From positions 27,607 through 91,606 of the forward strand of contig NW_021833748.1 in assembly GCF_006345805.1 (NCBI RefSeq): a DNA stretch of 64,000 bases. The letters are read 5' to 3'. Of the stretch, positions 13,190 to 26,317 are shown piece by piece. The notes beneath the pieces are model-generated. The model saw only the letters and a list, made by a program, of their open reading frames with translations, searched no databases and had not been told where the DNA came from. Numbering within the stretch: position 1 is the stretch's first letter; every line of letters starts with the position of its first letter. Source of the DNA: Octopus sinensis. Lineage: Eukaryota. Made by a program: the position numbers and the translations under genes.

Positions 13190-13372
13190 TGGAACTTGAG
13201 AAAAATCTTGTATATTTTTACTGTTCCACTCACAGATTGCACTTGTAATGTACGAATTAGTCGGTCGATTTCTCTTTCTGAAAATCCCAGTTTATCCAGA
13301 TTCTTCTTTAAGCATTTACTAACAAAACCTAATGCCTCATTTATTATTGGTATGAATATGAATTCATAGTCT
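13190..13372 (-). mobile_element. R4/Dong-type LINE C-terminal fragment
   Basis: IPIINEALGFVSKCLKKNLDKLG...LQVQSVSGTVKIYKIFL resembles the PVIxGALG...LQ...GT.KI end of restriction-like-endonuclease LINE ORFs. Confidence 0.6.
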
Positions 13373-13417
13373 GGATGTGTATGCATGTTTGTATGCATAT
13401 ATGTATTTATGTATGTA

Positions 13418-14042
<625 letters not shown>

Positions 14043-14254
14043 GTTAACTTTAGCCTGTTTCCTCGTACATGATCACTCGTTTGATTCTTGACACTTCAAC
14101 GTAGATCGACACTAAATTGCGATTGAACAGTTTGTATTATGTATGCTTTGGAATCACCATGAAAATGTTCGTTTCGCCAGAACCGAAACGAACGGTATCG
14201 ACGCATTTTGTGCGTTTTGTATTGGTTTCAAATTTTGGTTCCAGGCCAAAGAGA

Positions 14255-14440
14255 AACAGGAAGGAAGATTGAGAGAAAATTGTGGTGAAAGAGTACAGCA
14301 GGGTTCGACACCACCCACTGCCGGAGCCTCGTGAAGATTTAGGTGCTTTCGCTTAATAAACTCACACAAAGCCCGGTCTGAGAATCGAAACCGCGATCCT
14401 GCGACCGCAAGTCTGTTGCCTTAACCACTGGGCCATTGCA
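14255..14440 (-). mobile_element. SINE-C 5' fragment, diverged
   Basis: gagaaaattgtggtgaaagagtacagcaggg...accactgggccattgc matches SINE-C reverse complement. Confidence 0.8.
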
Positions 14441-14476
14441 CCACCACTATTATTATTATTATATTATTATTATTAT

Positions 14477-14508
<32 letters not shown>

Positions 14509-14574
14509 ATAGTAGTAGTAGCAGTAGTAGTAGTAGTAGTTGTTGTAGTGGTAGTAGTAGTAGTAGTAGTAGTA

Positions 14575-14650
14575 TTCAGGTCACTGCCTGGAATCGAACT
14601 CGGAATCTTAGAGTTAGTAGGCCGCGTTCTTAACTACTACGCCATATGCT
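14575..14650 (-). mobile_element. Short tRNA-derived SINE with (TAC/TAA)n tail
   Basis: Minus: tggcgtagtagttaag (A box) ... gagttcgattcc (B box) followed directly by a trinucleotide tail; no intact cloverleaf. Confidence 0.7.
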
Positions 14651-14664
14651 ATCAAATATAGAAC

Positions 14665-14697
<33 letters not shown>

Positions 14698-14701
14698 ATA
14701 A

Positions 14702-14960
14702 GTGCAAGAATGGCTGTGTTGTAGTACGCTTGGTTCCCAACCACATGGTTCCGGGTTCAGTCCCACTGCGTGGCACCTTGGGCAAGTATCCTCTACTATA
14801 GCCTCGAGCCGACCAAAGCCTTTTCAGTGGATTTGGTAGACGGAAACTGAAAGAAGCCCGTCGTATATATGTATAAGTATATGTATTTGTGTGTCTGTGT
14901 TTGTTCCCCCACCATCCGATATTCGTTCGTTTACATCCCCGTAACCTAGCGGTTCGACAA
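14702..14960 (+). mobile_element. SINE-A 5' two-thirds, fused to a LINE 3' fragment
   Basis: Head through cgtaacctagcggttcgacaaa, then an abrupt switch to LINE ORF2 sequence. Confidence 0.85.
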
Positions 14961-17555
14961 AGCCTGGGTTTCAGAGACCCACAGCTCTTCAATATCCTCC
15001 CAAAGTACCTGAGAGACCTGCATGGGGTGGATGCAAATGTCTTTAAAATAAAACTGGTTCTCTTCCTGTCAGGTGTCTCAGATGAACCAACTTCACGGCA
15101 GGAGGTGCAGATGAGGGCAGCTGCGTCGAACTCTCTCATGCACCAAATGGCAATTGCTAAAAAGCATCCGTGAAGTAAAATCATGTAGCAATACCAAATG
15201 GCGGTGCCCCAGCATGGCCACAGCTCGTGAGCTGATGAACCAACTTCACGGCAGGAGGTGCAGATGAGGGCAGCTGCGTCGAACTCTCTCATGCACCAAA
15301 TGGCAATTGCTAAAAAGCATCCGTGAAGTAAAATCATGTAGCAACACCAAATGGCGGTGCCCCAGCATGGCCACAGCTCGTGAGCTGATGAACCAACTTC
15401 ACGGCAGGAGGTGCAGATGAGGGCAGCTGCGTCGAACTCTCTCATGCACCAAATGGCAATTGCTAAAAAGCATTCGTGAAGTAAAATCATGTAGCAACAC
15501 CAAATGGCGGTGCCCCAGCATGGCCACAGCTCGTGAGCTGATGAACCAACTTCACGGCAGGAGGTGCAGATGAGGGCAGCTGCGTCGAACTCTCTCATGC
15601 ACCAAATGGCATTTGCTAAAAAGCATTCGTGGAGTAAAATCATGTAGCAACACAAATGGCGGTGCCCCAGCATGGCCACAGCTCGTGAGCTGATGAACCA
15701 ACTTCACGGCAGGAGGTGCAGATGAGGGCAGCTGCGTCGACTCTCTCATGCACCAAATGGCAATTGCTAAAAAGCATCCGTGAAGTAAAATCATGTAGCA
15801 ACCCAAATGGCGGTGCCCCAGCATGGCCACAGCTCGTGAGCTGATGAACCAACTTCACGGCAGGAGGTGCAGATGAGGGCAGCTGCGTCGAACTCTCTCA
15901 TGCACCAAATGGCAATTGCTAAAAAGCATTCGTGAAGTAAAATCATGTAGCAACACACCAAATGGCGGTGCCCCAGCATGGCCACAGCTCGTGAGCTGAT
16001 GAACCAACTTCACGGCAGGAGGTGCAGATGAGGGCAGCTGCGTCGAACTCTCTCATGCACCAAATGGCAATTGCTAAAAAGCATCCGTGAAGTAAAATCA
16101 TGTAGCAACACCAAATGGCGGTGCCCCAGCATGGCCACAGCTCGTGAGCTGATGAACCAACTTCACGGCAGGAGGTGCAGATGAGGGCAGCTGCGTCGAA
16201 CTCTCTCATGCACCAAATGGCAATTGCTAAAAAGCATCCGTGAAGTAAAATCATGTAGCAACACCAAATGGCGGTGCCCCAGCATGGCCACAGCTCGTGA
16301 GCTGATGAACCAACTTCACGCAGGAGGTGCAGATGAGGGCAGCTGTGTCGAACTCTCTCATGCACCAAATGGCAATTGCTAAAAAGCATCCGTGAAGTAA
16401 AATCATGTAGCAACACCAAATGGCGGTGCCCCAGCATGGCCACAGCTCGTGAGCTGATGAACCACTTCACGGCAGGAGGTGCAGATGAGGGCAGCTGCGT
16501 CGAACTCTCTCATGCACCAATGGCAATTGCTAAAAAGCATCCGTGAAGTAAAATCATGTAGCAACACCAAATGGCGGTGCCCCAGCATGGCCACAGCTCG
16601 TGAGCTGATGAACCAACTTCACGGCAGGAGGTGCAGATGAGGGCAGCTGCGTCGAACTCTCTCATGCACCAAATGGCAATTGCTAAAAAGCATTCGTGAA
16701 GTAAAATCATGTAGCAACACCAAATGGCGGTGCCCCAGCATGGCCACAGCTCGTGAGCTGATGAACCAACTTCACGGCAGGAGGTGCAGATGAGGGCAGC
16801 TGCGTCGAACTCTCTCATGCACCAAATGGCAATTGCTAAAAAGCATCCGTGAAGTAAAATCATGTAGCAACACCAAATGGCGGTGCCCCAGCATGGCCAC
16901 AGCTCGTGAGCTGATGAACCAACTTCACGGCAGGAGGTGCAGATGAGGGCAGCTGCGTCGAACTCTCTCATGCACCAAATGGCAATTGCTAAAAAGCATT
17001 CGTGAAGTAAAATCATGTAGCAACACACCAAATGGCGGTGCCCCAGCATGGCCACAGCTCGTGAGCTGATGAACCAACTTCACGGCAGGAGGTGCAGATG
17101 AGGGCAGCTGCGTCGAACTCTCTCATGCACCAAATGGCATTTGCTAAAAAGCATTCGTGAAGTAAAATCATGTAGCAACACCAATGGCGGTGCCCCAGCA
17201 TGGCCACAGCTCGTGAGCTGATGAACCAACTTCACGGCAGGAGGTGCAGATGAGGGCAGCTGCGTCGAACTCTCTCATGCACCAAATGGCAATTGCTAAA
17301 AAGCATTCGTGAAGTAAAATCATGTAGCAACACCAAATGGCGGTGCCCCAGCATGGCCACAGCTCGTGAGCTGATGAACCAACTTCACGGCAGGAGGTGC
17401 AGATGAGGGCAGCTGCATCGAACTCTCTCATGCACCAAACGGCAATTGCTAAAAAGCATTCGTGAAGTAAAATCGTGTAGCAACGCCAAATGGCAGTGCC
17501 CCAGCATGACCACAGCTCGTGAGCTGAAACTAGATAAAATAAAATAAAAATAATA
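14961..17555 (+). mobile_element. CR1/L2-group LINE 3' end with its last 153 bp reiterated about 16 times
   Basis: SLGFRDPQLFNILPKYLRDLHGVDANVFKIKLVLFLSGVSDEP...AAASNSLMHQM; units start at 15083, 15236, 15389...; one (TAAAA)n tail after 17527. Confidence 0.9.
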
Positions 17556-18479
17556 TTACCCTTCAGATTCACACCTTTATTGCAATGGTCCTTCAGTTTT
17601 TCTAAGCCCTGTAAAAGATCTCGGAAAGTTTGGCCTCTATCAAGCCTTTCGTGCTACCCTTAAAGCTAGGAACTTTTCACCACATCCTCGTAAATGTGTG
17701 TACCACCGTGCGTATACAAATTTTGTGATACCAAAGTATTTTTGGAATTAAAAACGTATACAGTTTCGATGGCGAATGAAACATGAGCTACCTTACCCGA
17801 TTTGTCAGCCCTTATGACTAACGAGTGTTGAATATTAAAACGACAAACAGCTTTCGTAGTTCTTAAATCCTCAAAATCTCGTCACAGCTAACTCCCTGCC
17901 GAGGCACCAACTTGGAAACAGCATGTATGCTATACAGTAATGCATTTTGTTAATTTGCAGAGGGTGATATAATATGCTTATTAGTTGTTGTTCGACAACC
18001 ATTAGCTAATTAATTATGTTGCAACACAGCGGGATTATTATTCTATAATGCTTAGAAAGTGTTGAGCCGTCGTATGTGAAATGAAACTCGGGGAGAGTGA
18101 TTACACTGCAATAGTTCTCTACTAGTATGGCTTGGAAGCTGTTGTTGGCTGCTACTGATAACGAAAGTCCTCAAGGTTGTGTTAAAAGCAATTGTCAGGT
18201 TTCTGTTTAGTGGGCCAAGGATGCCCGAAGGTATAATTTGTATATTTTGTTTTTGATTGTTTTGTTTTCGGGCGTCAGTGGGCGGGTGAGGTCCGGGGTT
18301 CCGCCTTAGAGAGTCCTCATAGGGTTTACGAAATTGTTCACATCAGCCTTGCCCTTCAGATAGCTGTTACCACAGCATGCTGCTAATGTGTGAGTGTGTA
18401 TGTACATATATATATATATATTAATATGCATATGCTGATTGCAAATTCAATGAACATTTCGCAACCATATGCACGCATG

Positions 18480-20260
18480 TAGCTTTTCAGTTCAGCTTTC
18501 GTTCTGCTGGGACGTTCTCAGATATGGCTCTCATTTCTCTTTTAAGTACATATGTACAACTGTGCGCATGGCGGCGGAACCGCCTCCCAAACAGCTCGAT
18601 TTCTTCCTTGCTCGTGTGACTTTTTGACGGCTGACAAAGCAAGCTCTTGAGAGAAGAAATCGCCCACACGCATTCCACTTAAAATCCTGCTGAGTGTCTG
18701 TAGGTACTGCACTAGAGTCCTGCTTATGGAGTGAACACTTAACATGCTCCATTTGCTTTTGCTCAAAGACGCCACATCTGTACTTGAAAGACTCCCACCA
18801 TGGGGTAGAGCTTTCAGTAAATGTCTCCCAGATGTCCATACCAACATCCCAAGCTTTACAGTTGCCATTTATGATACCCTTATATCTGTTTCTTTACTAC
18901 CCACAAGGGGCTAAACACAGAGAGGACAAACAAGGACAGACAAACGGATTAAGTCGATTACATCGACCCCAGTATGCAACTGGTACTTAATTTATCGACC
19001 CCGAAAGGATGAAAGGCAAAGTCGACCTCGGCAGAATTTGAACTCAGAACGTAACGGCAGACGAAATACCTATTTCTTTTACTACCCACAAGGGGCTAAA
19101 GACAGAGGGGACAAACAAGGACAGACGAACGGATTAAGTCGATCACATCGACCCCAGTATGCAACTGGTACTTAATTTATCGACCCCGAAAGGATGAAAG
19201 GCAAAGTCGACCTCGGCAGAATTTGAACTCAGAACGTAACGGCAGACGAAATACCTATTTCATTACGACCCACAAGGGGCTAAACACAGAGGGGACAAAC
19301 AAGGACAGACGAACGGATTAAGTCGATTACATCGACCCCAGTATGCAACTGGTACTTAATTTATCGACCCCGAAAGGATGAAAGGCAAAGTCGACCTCGG
19401 CAGAATTTGAACTCAGAACGTAATGGCAGACGAAATACCTATTTCATTACGACCCACAAGGGGCTAAACACAGTGGGGACAAACAAGGACAGACGAACGG
19501 ATTAAGTCGATTATATCGACCCCAGTATGCAACTGGTACTTAATTTATCGACCCCGAAAGGATGAAAGGCAAAGTCGACCTCGGCAGAATTTGAACTCAG
19601 AACGTAATGGCAGACGAAATACCTATTTCATTACGACCCACAAGGGGCTAAACACAGTGGGGACAAACAAGGACAGACGAACGGATTAAGTCGATTACAT
19701 CGACCCCAGTATGCAACTGGTACTTAATTTATCGACCCCGAAAGGATGAAAGGCAATATCGACCTCGGCAGAATTTGAACTCAGAACGTAACGGCAGACG
19801 AAATACCTATTTCATTACGACCCACAAGGGGCTAAACACAGTGGGGACAAACAAGGACAGACGAACGGATTAAGTCGATTATATCGACCCCAGTATGCAA
19901 CTGGTACTTAATTTATCGACCCCGAAAGGATGAAAGGCAATGTCGACCTCGGCAGAATTTGAACTCAGAACGTAACGGCAGACGAAATACGGCTAGGCAT
20001 TTCGCCCGGCGTGCTAACGGTTCTGCCAGCTCGCCGCCTTTTTGATACCCTTATATCATTTCCCATGTTCATGTTGAAGCTTCTTTCACTTTGGTCGGCT
20101 TCTCCAAAGAATATTTGCTTAGGTAGTCTTCCGACTTTCATCCTGACCACATCACTATCCCAATGATTCTGTTTCAAAATTATTCTTTTCTCAAAACTGA
20201 TGCTGTCAGCTTTTATCAATCACAGTAAAACCAGGGATGTAGGAGAACTACTTTATGTTC
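18480..20260 (-). mobile_element. RTE-clade LINE 3' fragment interrupted by a SINE-B array
   Basis: DVVRMKVGRLPKQIFFGE and WE...W...GVFEQKQ...FKWNACGRFLLSR match RTE ORF2 C-terminus; degenerate. Confidence 0.75.
18887..20042 (-). mobile_element. SINE-B head-(body)x6 array, 184-bp period, single 15-bp TSD
   Basis: acccacaagggg at 18899, 19084, 19268, 19452, 19636, 19820; head only at 19980-20040; TSD tgatacccttatatc at 18872-18886 and 20043-20057. Confidence 0.95.
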
Positions 20261-20383
20261 AGGATGTGCTGGATACAATACTTGATGGGACCTTTCCAGC
20301 TACTTGTCATGATGCTTGAAAGTTGTCCACGTTTCACACCTCTTAAAGCAACATTGTAAAAACATATGCCTCGTAAAATCAAA

Positions 20384-20799
20384 GGCGCAGGCGTGGCTGT
20401 GTGGTAAGTAGCTTGCTAACCAACCACATGGTTCCGGGTTCAGTCCCACTGCGTGGCATCTTGAGTAAGTGTCTTCTGCTATAGCCCCGGGCCGACCAAT
20501 GCCTTGTGAGTGGATTTGGTAGACGGAAACTGAAAGAAGCCTGTCGTATATATGTATATATATATAAGTGTGTGTGTATGTGTTTGTGCGTCTGTGTTTA
20601 TCCCCCTAGCGTTGGTTGACAACCGATGCTGGTGTGTTTACGTCCCCGTAACTTAGCGGTTCGGCAATAGAGACCGATAGAATAAGTACTGGGCTTACAA
20701 AGAATAAGTCCCGGGGTCGATTTGCTTGACTAAAGGCGGTGCTCCAGCATGGCCGCAGTCAAATGACTGAAACCAGTAAAAGAGTAAAGAGTAAAGAGT
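20384..20799 (+). mobile_element. SINE-A, full length
   Basis: Head tggctgtgtggtaag...gggttcagtccc, internal (TA)(TG), tail ggcggtgctccagcatggccgcagtcaaatgactgaaac(cagtaaaag)n. Confidence 0.92.
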
Positions 20800-20829
20800 A
20801 CACCGCGAATTACATATTTTCGTGATACC

Positions 20830-21830
20830 CTGATTTAGCCAGACTCGCTTCTTAATTTTCCCCAATTCTGTGATTCATTTGAAAATCAAGTATACAATCT
20901 CTACTAAGTGTTCTTCCAAGATACACAAAGTGCTTTCCATCATTTTACGTCTGTTTCCTCCCACAAAAATGTCAAGCTCTACATACGCTGTACATGACAT
21001 CTGTCTTTTTGTGCTGATATTTAACCCAAATTGCTGGTCTTCTGCCGAAATTTGAAACCAATATTTAGCCCAAATTCTGCGCATGCATTGGGGGAGATGC
21101 TAAATATCATATGCATGTCGTTCACCGGATACATCGAATACGTTTCCTCAGCAGCATAAGCCAAGAATACCAGATATTTCCTACTTGTAGTTAAAACGTC
21201 ATGGATCAAAGACTTGGTAGAGGCTCTAGGTCCCATGTACACATCGAATTCAAAGTATTAGAAGGCGTACGCAAGTAGCAGGGCAAAATATATGGAAAAT
21301 AGATTGGGTGAAGTTAAGTCACTTTATCTGAGCCTTTCTATAAAAATTGGCTCTGAATGTGACGCATTGAAGTTTTGCCCTCAAGTATTTTGCCCCCAAA
21401 TCTTGAAACAGTGGCTCTTGTTGCTGAACACGGTCCTCCATTGGTTGGCGAGCTGAGAAAATCAGTCATGGCATCCCACGTAGCTCTAGGTCTCAGGGAT
21501 GGCCCCAGAACAAATCTGTTTGTTAGATTATTCAGAAAAATCTTGGATAAAACTTTTCCTACTGATTCGAGGAGATTAAGCCACTCTTCATGTTTCAAGT
21601 TTCACATTGCAGTTTCACTTTGCCTCTTTGAAGTCCTTCTCAAAACTGGCCCACACTTGTCCCGTTGCGACAAGGCATCGTTCTCCTGTTCAATGCACCT
21701 GGTGATTGTAGCATCATTATTATCGAAACAGTGTCAGTATTTTGCCCTCTTAAGACCGACTATTTCACCCCTCTATGTTTGGACTGATCCCAACTTTCTT
21801 TAACGAAAATATTATCAAGTACGTTATGCA
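20830..21830 (-). mobile_element. RTE-clade reverse transcriptase relic (duplicated at about 24265-25265)
   Basis: LLESVGKVLSKIFLNNL...DMIFSARQPME (second copy) and NACAEFGLNI / FGLNISTKRQM match RTE RT motifs; frameshifted. Confidence 0.75.
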
Positions 21831-21839
21831 GTACATATA

Positions 21840-22073
21840 CTCTTTACTCTCTTTTACTCTTTTACTTGTTTCCGTCATTTGACTGCGGCCATGCTGGAGC
21901 ACCGCCTTTAGTCGAGCAAATCGACCCCGGGACTTATTCTTTGTAAGCCCAGTACTTATTCTATCGGTCTCTTTTGCCGAACCGCTAGTTTACGTGAACG
22001 TAAACACACCAGCATCAGTTGTTAAGCAATGCTAGGGGAACAAACACAGACACACAAACACACACACACACAC

Positions 22074-22153
<80 letters not shown>

Positions 22154-22495
22154 TACGACAGGCTTCTTTCAGTTTCCGTCTACCAAATCCACTCACAAGG
22201 CATCGGTCGGCCGGGGGCTATAGCAGAAGACACTTGCCCAAGATGCCACGCAGTGGGACTGAACCCGGAACCATGCGGTTGGTTAGCAAGCTACTTACCA
22301 CACAGCCACTCCTGCGCCTATCGCATTTTTCGATTTGCAGTTTGAATATATCTATACGTTTTGGCATTTTGAACCCTGCTTTAGTCGGCCCTAAGCTATA
22401 GTAGAAGTCACTTGGCCAAGGTGCCACGCAGTGGGACTGAACCCAGAACCATGTGGTTGGTAACCAAGCTTCTAACCACACAGCCACACCTGCGC
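21840..22495 (-). mobile_element. SINE-A full copy (21840-22318) plus a second head fragment (22381-22495); duplicated at about 25275-25898
   Basis: Reverse complement of SINE-A. Confidence 0.9.
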
Positions 22496-22588
22496 TATAT
22501 TGTCAACTCTTCTGACTTGTATAACTACAACTTCTTCCGCTCTAAGCAAGTTGGCTCACCGAGCTGGGCCTATTGGTGATATATGAGT

Positions 22589-22705
22589 TAGAAATAAGAG
22601 TCAAACCCGTAGGAAGATAGTGTTTTGTGGCAATTGAGTTATTTTGACTCTTATTTCTAGCAGTACTGGTGCTGATTAGTGCCCTTCGTTCACTTTAGTG
22701 ACGTA
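22589..22705. mobile_element. Small fold-back insert related to 56101-56560 (duplicated at about 25990-26105)
   Basis: tagaaataagagtcaaa and tttgactcttatttcta inverted around a 37-nt loop; the loop plus right arm aligns with the reverse complement of 56480-56545. Confidence 0.65.
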
Positions 22706-22753
22706 TATATTTCTGCCTTTAGGTTGTAAAACTGAGAATTATCCACCCATATT

Positions 22754-22788
<35 letters not shown>

Positions 22789-22970
22789 CCCACACACACA
22801 CACATATATATATATATGTATGTATATATATATATTTATACTTACATATATAAATATATTCGTAAGTAATATATATATACATTTTATTATATATATATAT
22901 ATATATATGTGTATATATATATATATATATATACACACATTAAATCTGTTTATGTATGTATATATATATG

Positions 22971-23011
<41 letters not shown>

Positions 23012-25502
23012 TATACATGTATGTATATATGCATGTATATATAAATGTATATATATGTATGTATACACATAAATATGTATCTATAATTTCTATCATACAA
23101 ATAAATGTACTTATAAATAAAGATGTATACACAAATATATTAGTATATATTAATAGATATATTTCTATACGCATATGCGCACTCACACACACACACAGAA
23201 ACAATGCATAAATGTAGGTGTATGCGTGGGTGTATATGCACACGTGCGTACATATTTTGCATATATAACATATATGTAAATAACAGCAATTTCATAAAAT
23301 ACTTTTAACAAGCAAGCTATACGCATATACACATGCATAGATACATTCATACAGAATCAAATATATGTATATATGTGTATTATTTACACCCATATCTACA
23401 TACATATATTTATATATATACACATCTGTGCGTGTATGTGATATTTAAGCACAAACGCTAGCATCACTTAATACGTATCAGTTGCTGTGTTAAGTATAAT
23501 GTCGGGATTCCTCCTCCTGGTAATGTAAGTTTGAATACCTCCTTATGCAATATCAAGAACATGAAAACGCCATTTCTGACGTTGTAGGTATTTAAGTTAG
23601 CTAACGACTATTACTAAGTGATTAAACAGTGAAAATAAATTAATTAAATACTTAGATTCAACATGAATGCTAAAATATGAAACAGTTTTAATTGAAGCCA
23701 AATTTTCTTAGTTTCTGTGAGTTTTTATTGATGATCATTAAATTGACGAAAATTAAAACTATGTTCCAGTGAACACCATAGAGAAACCTTCCAAAATTTA
23801 CTTATGTGTATATGTATGTATGCATGTATGTATGTATGCATGTATGTATGTATGCATGTATGTATGTATGTATGTATGTATGTATGTATGTATGTATGTA
23901 TGTATGTATGTATGTATGTACGTATGTATGTATGTATGCATGCATGTATGTGTGTGTATGCATGCATGCATGTATGTATGTATGTATGCATGCACGTATG
24001 TATGTATGTATGTATGTAAGTATGTATGTATGTATGTATGTATGTATGTATGTATGTATGTATGCTGGTGTGTTTACGTCCCCGTAACTTAGCGGTTCGG
24101 CAATAGAGACCGATAGAATAAGACTGGGCTTACAAAGAATAAGTCCCGGGGTCGATTTGCTTGACTAAAGGCGGTGCTCCAGCATGGCCGCAGTCAAATG
24201 ACTGAAACCAGTAAAAGAGTAAAGAGTAAAGAGTACACCGCGAATTACATATTTTCGTGATACCCGATTTTAGCCAGACTCGCTTCTTAATTTTCCCCAA
24301 TTCTGTGATTCATTTGAAAATCAAGTATACAATCTCTACTAAGTGTTCTTCCAAGATACACAAAGTGCTTTCCATCATTTTACGTCTGTTTCCTCCCACA
24401 AAAATGTCAAGCTCTACATACGCTGTACATGACATCTGTCTTTTTGTGCTGATATTTAACCCAAATTGCTGGTCTTCTGCCGAAATTTGAAACCAATATT
24501 TAGCCCAAATTCTGCGCATGCATTGGGGGAGATGCTAAATATCATATGCCTGTCGTTCACCGGATACATCGAATACGTTTCCTCAGCAGCATAAGCCAAG
24601 AATACCAGATATTTCCTACTTGTAGTTAAAACGTCATGGATCAAAGACTTGGTAGAGGCTCTAGGTCCCATGTACACATCGAATTCAAAGTATTAGAAGG
24701 CGCACGCAAGTAGCAGGGCAAAATATATGGAAAATAGATTGGGTGATGTTAAGTCACTTTATCTGAGCCTTTCTATAAAAATTGGCTCTGAATGTGACGC
24801 ATTGAAGTTTTGCCCTCAAGTATTTTGCCCCCAAATCTTGAAACAGTGGCTCTTGTTGCTGAACACGGTCCTCCATTGGTTGGCGAGCTGAGAAAATCAT
24901 GTCCATGGCATCCCACGTAGCTCTAGGTCTCAGGGATGGCCCCAGAACAAATCTGTTTGTTAGATTATTCAGAAAAATCTTGGATAAAACTTTTCCTACT
25001 GATTCGAGGAGATTAAGCCACTCTTCATGTTTCAAGTTTCACATTGCAGTTTCACTTTGCCTCTTTGAAGTCCTTCTCAAAACTGGCCCACACTTGTCCC
25101 GTTGCGACAAGGCATCGTTCTCCTGTTCAATGCACCTGGTGATTGTAGCATCATTATTATCGAAACAGTGTCAGTATTTTGCCCTCTTAAGACCGACTAT
25201 TTCACCCCTCTATGTTTGGACTGATCCCAACTTTCTTTAACGAAAATATTATCAAGTACGTTATGCAGTACATATACTCTTTACTCTCTTTTACTCTTTT
25301 ACTTGTTTCCGTCATTTGACTGCGGCCATGCTGGAGCACCGCCTTTAGTCGAGCAAATCGACCCCGGGACTTCTTATTTGTAAGCCCAGTACTTATTCTA
25401 TCGGTCTCTTTTGCCGAACCGCTAGTTTACGTGGACGTAAACACACCAGCATCGGTTGTTAAGCAATGCTAGGGGGACAAACACAGACACACACCCACAC
25501 AC

Positions 25503-25551
<49 letters not shown>

Positions 25552-26270
25552 TTATATACGACAGGCTTCTTTCAGTTTCCGTCTACCAAATCCACTCACA
25601 AGCATCGGTCGGCCCGGGGCTATAGCAGAAGACACTTGCCCAAGATGCCACGCAGTGGGACTGAACCCGGAACCATGCGGTTGGTTAGCAGCTACTTACC
25701 ACACAGCCACTCCTGCGCCTATCGTATTTTTCGATTTGCAGTTTGAATATATCTATACGTTTTGGCATTTTGAACCCTGCTTTAGTCGGCCCTAAGCTAT
25801 AGTAGAAGTCACTTGGCCAAGGCGCCACGCAGTGGGACTGAACCCAGAACCATGTGGTTGGTAACCAAGCTTCTAACCACACAGCCACACCTGCGCTATA
25901 TTGTCAACTCTTCTGACTTGTATAACTACAACTTCTTCCGCTCTAAGCAAGTTGGCTCACCGAGCTGGGCCTATTGGTGATATATGAGTTAGAAATAAGA
26001 GTCAAACCCGTAGGAAGATAGTGTTTTGTGGCTATTGAGTTGTTTTGACTCTTATTTCTAGCAGTACTGGTGCTGATTAGTGCTCTTCGTTCACTTTAGT
26101 GACGTATATATTTCTGCTTTAGGTTGTAAAACTGAGAATTATCCACCCATATTGCACACACACACACACACACAACACACACACAACACACACACATATA
26201 TATTATATTGTATGTATATATATATTTTTACTTACATATATAAATATATTCGTAGTAATATATATATACA

Positions 26271-26317
<47 letters not shown>

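Noticed and set aside
15232-15300. CTGATGA created at every junction of the 153-bp array
   Set aside because: No GAAA with paired stems II and III follows (GAAC, no A15.1-U16.1); treated as chance
14630-17572. 349-aa Cys/Trp-rich repeat protein on the minus strand
   Set aside because: Antisense reading of a 153-bp LINE-end array; open only because the period is divisible by 3
15083-20042. Tandem arrays as possible CRISPR arrays
   Set aside because: Units are contiguous with no unique spacers, derive from retroposons, and no cas genes are present in this eukaryotic sequence
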